A model generated the notes under the pieces. It was not told the origin of the DNA. It ran no database searches and worked only from the letters and a program-made list of their open reading frames with translations. This document shows positions 35,452 through 36,809 of a stretch of DNA of 36,809 bases, in pieces. The position numbers were made by a program, and so were the translations under genes. The DNA comes from Phoronis australis (taxonomy: Eukaryota; Animalia; Phoronida), in NCBI GenBank assembly GCA_002633005.1, contig NMRA01001199.1:1-36809 (forward strand). Direction: 5' to 3'. How positions within the stretch are numbered: position 1 is the first letter of the stretch; each line of letters opens with the position of its first letter.

Positions 35452-36699
35452 TGCCAGTCCCACTGACATCATTCAAACTTCCTCGCAACCATGAAATAAC
35501 CCTATACAGATCAAGATGCGGTCTATTCCTAAACAACAAGAAATTTAGACAAAATTTCAATAATATTTCGCCCCTGTGTTCCTGTGGAGACACCCAGACG
35601 TATCCTCATGTTTTCTTTGCTTGTGAGATATGCAAGGAGCAGAGGTAACAGCTTTTCCAGACACTCGAACAATACCCCGACGTTTACAAAAAATATTTTG
35701 AAATTCCGCAATTGTACAACAAAATTATTTTTTTTTCTATATGGATGTCAAAAACTCAACACAAATGAAAATAAGGTTTTATTTGAAATTGTATCAGAAT
35801 TTTTATAACATTGAATCTTTTGGTGTGAGTGGAAAGAATTGTATACATGTGTATGAAAATGAATTATTTACATTCATAATCATATATCATTGTAATCTTA
35901 ACATCAGTTTTTTTTATTTCTGTTTCCGTGTGTAATAATTGTATATAGACTTCTTTGTATTTTTTACTCAGATCTAATGCCTCGTGATAACCTTTTCTTT
36001 ATCTTGAAATATTAATAAAAAAATCCATTACTCGGTGAGCATACACAATGCGCTATATATATATATAGATACTATATGCATCTCATCGCGCCTGGTGGTC
36101 GTGTGCGCCGATATGTTGTAGCGCATTGATGCCATAAGTTATCGTATCGAGACTATGCCCCACTATACGTAAACGCCACGTTAACTTGTAAAAAAGTGGT
36201 TGCTACGATAAAATGTAAAAGTGTGCTCGGCTGCAACTACGTGCGCTTACGGCGCACTATACCGTAACTTACGGTGGATAGGCGTTACGTTAACGGCAAA
36301 AAAGGTGGTTGGCTGCGCCTTCGTGCGCCTACGCATTGGGTTTGATAGCGCGATAACTCGTCAAGCACCCTTGAAACTGGACCTTATTGTGAAAACTGTT
36401 AATAAAGCAAGGAACATATATTAAAATTCCTTTAATTGTCAACTCTATTGTCACACTAGGTGGTGCTAGCGAATGAAGATACTTTAAAAGCCTCAATAGT
36501 GAATTTAAATTGAGAGCAGACAGCCGTTCATCGGAATGGGAGCGTCTGTTGGTTAAAGTCACTATTTCCTTTACTTTCGCCTGCTTAGATCACAAATTGA
36601 GCTTTGCCAATCGAAAGATATCACTAAAATTAACTCTTTTTGTAAATTACAGCCATGTACATACTCTCGTTATTTTACTATTAATTTTTTTAAATTTAT

Positions 36700-36809
36700 A
36701 AAAAGTGGGCGGACCTTCAGCCAAACCTCATTATTTATGCGGGGTTGCCAGTGGAGAGATTACCCATAATGCACACGAATCAGCTGACGGAAGAGAAACA
36801 TGTCAAGCA
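36700..36809 (+). promoter_or_regulatory. Possible promoter of a downstream gene
   Basis: GC box GGGCGG at 36707, ZNF143/Staf-like TTACCCATAATGCA at 36760-36773, E-box CAGCTG, ETS CGGAAG at 36788, then AAACATG with ATG at 36800. Confidence 0.4.

Larger units (their letters stand above)
25730..36023 (+). mobile_element. Near full-length APE-RT LINE (CR1/L2 group), copy 2, with three nested insertions
   Basis: ORF1 then ORF2 (2A, APE with GDFN and SDH, RT, C-terminal CSCG...H...C), ending AATAAAAAAAA near 36015-36023. Internal deletion of about 0.5 kb at 29100 relative to copy 1; 5' boundary approximate. Confidence 0.92.

Overview
Eukaryotic, intron-rich animal genomic DNA, probably from a marine invertebrate (inferred from the transposon repertoire; not provable here). 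It is not prokaryotic and has no CRISPR, rRNA or supportable tRNA. Most of the window is decayed, nested transposable elements: two opposite-strand copies of an APE-RT LINE (CR1/L2 group) carrying a 2A-like DIEVNPGP motif, a full-length but inactivated Mag-type Gypsy element, a solo LTR, THAP-bearing Kolobok-like and ISL2EU-like DNA transposons, several MITEs, and a DINE-1/Crypton-like repeat full of CTCF-like motifs. Between them lie + strand host exons whose spliced products the ORF track misses. Exons at 2506-2658 and 13279-13473 splice into an alpha2-delta/CACHD1-type VWA_N plus VWA start, and exons at 17360-17471 and 18293-18563 splice into a complete death effector domain. The best candidate for something new is a possible alpha2-delta/CACHD1-like VWA protein linked to a DED. 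The link is unproven because a single N at 14381 looks like an assembly gap.
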